DNA of 64,000 nucleotides from Escherichia coli (GTDB lineage Bacteria; Pseudomonadota; Gammaproteobacteria; Enterobacterales; Enterobacteriaceae): NCBI RefSeq assembly GCF_044324875.1, contig NZ_CP172185.1; one strand, 5' to 3'. Shown piece by piece: positions 60,639 to 64,000 of this stretch (position 1 is its first letter; each line of letters starts with the position of its first letter). The notes under the pieces were generated by a model. It saw only the letters and a program-made list of their open reading frames with translations, ran no database searches and was not told where the DNA came from. The position numbers and the translations under genes were made by a program.

Positions 60639-61901
60639 TCAGTCTGTTTCGTTAGTCCATTTAAAATCATAGGGGGAAATATATGCCGTCTTGCAGGTGT
60701 CGAGATAATCAGCCCACCATTGCAACATTCGGCGGCGTTCCTGCATATGTTCAGCTCTGTGAACGTATGCAGCCCGGACACTGCCTCTTTCCCTGTGACT
60801 CATCTGAAGCTCAACGGCTTCTCTTGTCCACCTGCCTGACTCTGTCAGCGCCGAACAGGCCATGGTCCTGAATCCGTGACCACAAATATCTTTTTTTGTG
60901 TCGTATCCCATGTGGCGTAATGCCTTGTTAATGGTGTTTTCGCTCATTGGTTTTATCTGGTAATGGTCGCTGGGGAAAATAAACACTTCATCACCGGATA
61001 TATTTCTTATATCGTCAAGAAGCTGCATGGCCTGAGTGGGTAAAGGGATGGCGTGAGGGGTTCCCATTTTCGTTCCACGATATGAATATTTTACGCCTTC
61101 TATTTTTTCGCGTTCTGCTGGTATTACCCACATTGATTTATCAAAGTCAATTTCATTCCAACGAGCAAAACGCAATTCACTTGAGCGAATAAAAATTAAT
61201 AAATTTAATTTTAGTGCAAATTGCGTTAATAACCGTCCATTCATCTTATGGTGGTAATCATTTATTTTGCCAAGTAATTCAGGTAATCGCTCAAGGGGAA
61301 GAGCGGGGCGATGTTTGGTTTTATTAGTTTCGATTGCACCGTTCAGTTCCTGCGCTGGATTGTATTTAATCATTCCATTCTGTACAGCGTAGCGCATAAT
61401 GGCGTTCATTCGCTGCTTGTTACGTGATGCTGTCTCAAGCACTCCTTTGTCTTCCATTTTGCGTAAAGGAATCAGTAGATCCATGGTTGTGATCTCGTTA
61501 ATTGGCCTTTTACCAAGAATGGGGAAGATGTGGTTTTCCAGGTCTTTTAAGACTTTTTGCGCGTGTAATTCGCTCCACCCCTTTTTCCGGCTGTGCCATT
61601 CTCTGGCAACGTCTTCAAAAAGCACTATTTGAGGTTTTGGTGTGTGCAGTGGGTCAATGCCTTTAGCCAGGCTCGCCAGATATTCATCACGAGCGTTCCT
61701 TGCCTGTGCAAGTGTTACGGCAGGATAAATGCCTAAAGCTCGGGTCGTTTCTTTACCGTTGATAACCTTGCGAAAGCGCCAGTATTTTGAGCCGTTGGGG
61801 TGAACATAGAGATACAGGCCTTTCCCGTCACGAAGTTTTTTAATTTTATTGTTGTCCTTATCTGGTTTGGCGTTACGTACAGCTATATCAGTCAGTTTCA
61901 T
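60639..61901 (-). CDS. P4-type tyrosine integrase (tRNA-associated)
   Basis: Start MKLTDIAVRNAKPDKD with GGAGGA RBS (track start at 61943 is a 5' extension); C-terminal catalytic region HGFRTMACSALTESG...AAYVHRAEH; lies about 180 bp from the argW 3' end. Confidence 0.88.
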   Translation of the reverse strand: MKLTDIAVRNAKPDKDNNKIKKLRDGKGLYLYVHPNGSKYWRFRKVINGKETTRALGIYPAVTLAQARNARDEYLASLAKGIDPLHTPKPQIVLFEDVAREWHSRKKGWSELHAQKVLKDLENHIFPILGKRPINEITTMDLLIPLRKMEDKGVLETASRNKQRMNAIMRYAVQNGMIKYNPAQELNGAIETNKTKHRPALPLERLPELLGKINDYHHKMNGRLLTQFALKLNLLIFIRSSELRFARWNEIDFDKSMWVIPAEREKIEGVKYSYRGTKMGTPHAIPLPTQAMQLLDDIRNISGDEVFIFPSDHYQIKPMSENTINKALRHMGYDTKKDICGHGFRTMACSALTESGRWTREAVELQMSHRERGSVRAAYVHRAEHMQERRRMLQWWADYLDTCKTAYISPYDFKWTNETD

Positions 61902-62079
61902 TATGTTGATCCTCCAGACGGGTACAAATAAAAATCGAACCAAGCATACCCGCTTTTATACCCATTTTAATATGGGCTTCAGGCAAATTTAACGAGAGAA
62001 AATGAGACAATGGGAGATGTTTAACTCATTGAAAATAAATGGATAATGGTTTTTTCTGAGAGATTGCAAGAAGTTGCGA

Positions 62080-62154
62080 TGGTGTCCCCTGCAGGAATCG
62101 AACCTGCAATTAGCCCTTAGGAGGGGCTCGTTATATCCATTTAACTAAGAGGAC
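62080..62154 (-). tRNA. argW: tRNA-Arg (anticodon CCU)
   Basis: Reverse complement reads GTCCTCTTAGTTAAATGGATATAACGAGCCCCTCCTAAGGGCTAATTGCAGGTTCGATTCCTGCAGGGGACACCA, a 75-nt cloverleaf with CCT anticodon and CCA end. Confidence 0.9.
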
Positions 62155-62229
62155 AATGCGGCATGAGTATACCCGCTAATGGACTGCGGGGTAAGTACGC
62201 TGCCGCTCGATTGCTTAAACCCTCGCCAT

Positions 62230-63162
62230 TTATGCCGGGTTTTTATCATTTTTCTTAATGTTTTCCGCACGTTCTGCTTTTTGGCGTGCTTCTGCTTTGC
62301 GCTTGTTGCTCATGTCGTTACGGATCTGTGCATGACTCATTAACGCGAAGATAAAGGTGCCGCCGCAGATGTTCCCCGCTAAAGTAGGTAGTGCGAAGGG
62401 CCAGATGAAATCGCTCCAGTGCAGCGTACCGTTAAACACCAGATAGAGGATTTCAACAGAACCGACAACGATGTGAGTGGTGTCACCCAGGGCAATAAGC
62501 CAGGTCATCAATATAATCACCACAATCTTTGCCGCACCCGCTGCAGGAAACATCCAAACCATAGTGGCGATCAGCCAGCCGGAAATGATCGCGTTGGCAA
62601 ACATCTCGCTGGGGGTGTTCTTCATCACATCCATGCCGATTTTGACAAATGCATCGCGAGTTTCTTCATTGAAGATTGGCATATATTCAAATGCCCACGC
62701 CGCAATACCTGTCCCGAGAATATTACCCAGCAGCACGACGCCCCATAACCGCATAAGTAAGCCAACGTTGCTCATTGTCGGTTTTTGCATGACGGGTAGT
62801 ACCGCAGTCACGGTGTTTTCGGTAAATAATTGCTGGCGGGCCATAATGACGATAATAAAACCAAAGGTATAACCGAGATTCTCCAGCAAGAAGCTGCCCG
62901 GCACGCCTTCCAGTTCGACATGAAATATCCCTTTTGCCAGTAGCGAAGCGCCCATCGACAGACCCGCCGCAATGGCTGACCACAGTAGTGCCATTGCGTC
63001 GCGTTCCAGCTCTTTTTCACCATCCTGGCGGATATGCTCATGAATTGCCATCGCCCGGGAGGGGAGTCGGTCTTCATCTATTTCTATTTTTTTGCCGCGC
63101 TCTTTTTCTTCGCTCTCAACTTCAATTTCGTCGCTGTGTTGATCAATTTTGTCGTTGTCCAT
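62230..63162 (-). CDS. yfdC: Formate/nitrite transporter-family inner-membrane protein YfdC
   Basis: 310-aa ORF with FNT-like TM pattern; located next to argW as in K-12. Confidence 0.85.
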   Translation of the reverse strand: MDNDKIDQHSDEIEVESEEKERGKKIEIDEDRLPSRAMAIHEHIRQDGEKELERDAMALLWSAIAAGLSMGASLLAKGIFHVELEGVPGSFLLENLGYTFGFIIVIMARQQLFTENTVTAVLPVMQKPTMSNVGLLMRLWGVVLLGNILGTGIAAWAFEYMPIFNEETRDAFVKIGMDVMKNTPSEMFANAIISGWLIATMVWMFPAAGAAKIVVIILMTWLIALGDTTHIVVGSVEILYLVFNGTLHWSDFIWPFALPTLAGNICGGTFIFALMSHAQIRNDMSNKRKAEARQKAERAENIKKNDKNPA

Positions 63163-63455
63163 GGTCTCTTCTCTTGAATTAGCACGTATAGCTAAAGCGT
63201 AGCGGCTTTTTTGCTCGCAACTGGCGGGAGTTACTCTGAAAATGTAGAAAAGGCCGCGTTTGCCTTTTTCTGTTTCTATAGAATCAAGTAGCCTACAGGG
63301 CGGCGATTACCAGGCTATGATCAAATCAGCAAATCAGGGCGTCTGGACATCAGTTGACGTGCTGTTACAATCGCCCACACCTAAACAGGCGGATACGGTA
63401 TCGTTCCGTCATGGATGGCAAACTGCATAAGCCATAAAAAAACAGGGAGACATTT

Positions 63456-64000
63456 ATGAAGCTTCGCCTGTCGGCGCTTGCTCTGGGAACTACGCTTCTG
63501 GTGGGGTGTGCGAGTTCCGGTACAGATCAGCAAGGGCGTTCTGACCCGTTAGAAGGGTTCAACCGCACCATGTACAACTTCAACTTCAATGTATTAGACC
63601 CGTATATTGTTCGACCGGTCGCTGTCGCCTGGCGTGATTATGTTCCGCAACCGGCGCGTAACGGTTTGAGCAACTTTACTGGCAACCTTGAAGAACCTGC
63701 GGTGATGGTTAACTACTTCTTGCAGGGCGACCCTTATCAGGGGATGGTCCACTTTACCCGCTTTTTCCTGAACACCATTTTGGGGATGGGCGGCTTTATT
63801 GATGTTGCAGGGATGGCGAACCCGAAACTGCAACGGACTGAACCTCACCGCTTCGGTAGTACGCTTGGTCATTATGGTGTGGGTTATGGGCCATACGTTC
63901 AGTTACCGTTCTACGGTAGCTTCACGCTGCGTGATGACGGTGGTGATATGGCGGATGGTCTTTACCCGGTTCTTTCCTGGCTGACCTGGCCGATGTCTGT
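63456..64000 (+). CDS. mlaA: Phospholipid-binding outer-membrane lipoprotein MlaA (VacJ), N-terminal part; continues beyond window end
   Basis: ATG at about 63456; MKLRLSALALGTTLLVGCASS lipoprotein signal with lipobox; no stop before window end (hence absent from ORF track). Confidence 0.85.
   Translation, partial: MKLRLSALALGTTLLVGCASSGTDQQGRSDPLEGFNRTMYNFNFNVLDPYIVRPVAVAWRDYVPQPARNGLSNFTGNLEEPAVMVNYFLQGDPYQGMVHFTRFFLNTILGMGGFIDVAGMANPKLQRTEPHRFGSTLGHYGVGYGPYVQLPFYGSFTLRDDGGDMADGLYPVLSWLTWPMS

Larger units (their letters stand above)
46746..62154. mobile_element. P4-like satellite prophage / integrative element inserted at tRNA-Arg (argW)
   Basis: tRNA-adjacent P4-type integrase, AlpA, primase-helicase, Ogr/Delta-like and Psu-like genes, iteron cluster and att-like direct repeat at the distal end; K-12 carries the CPS-53 prophage at this site. 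Confidence 0.7.

Noticed and set aside
60115-60871. ORFs 60115..60393, 60524..60781 (minus) and 60683..60871 (plus)
   Set aside because: Located in the AT-rich int-alpA intergenic region or overlapping the integrase 3' end in another frame; low-complexity translations.

Overview
This window is an Escherichia coli chromosomal segment in reverse orientation relative to the K-12 map, running ypeC-yfeO-glk through the fry PTS cluster, ypdABC, alaC, lpxP, the EvgA-regulated acid-resistance block (yfdX-frc-oxc-yfdV-yfdE), evgSA, emrKY and dsdAXC (1..34510), then two accessory regions before argW-yfdC-mlaA. fryA carries an apparent 1-nt frameshift. Accessory region 1 (34511..~46745) is AT-rich and carries two divergent FimB/FimE-family tyrosine recombinases, a LuxR-type regulator and a 2637-aa autotransporter followed by a Skp/OmpH-like chaperone gene; it resembles the phase-variable ipuA/ipbA-ipuS-ipuR-upaE locus of uropathogenic E. 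coli (recalled from literature, not verifiable here). Accessory region 2 (~46746..62154) is a P4-like satellite/integrative element at tRNA-Arg (argW), replacing the CPS-53 prophage of K-12. It carries a P4-type integrase, AlpA, a small-ORF operon, a primase-helicase coupled to a second P2/186-type integrase, a GGTTACA iteron cluster, an IS21-family insertion, Ogr/Delta-like and Psu-like genes, and at the distal end a MazE/MazF-like pair plus an unrecognised ~423-470 aa protein. That distal cargo, sitting between the psu-like gene and the att remnant, is my best candidate for an undescribed system (possible anti-phage defence). All identifications are from reading the translations and sequence by eye; no searches were run. 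Coordinates of features not taken from the ORF track may be off by 1-2 nt.
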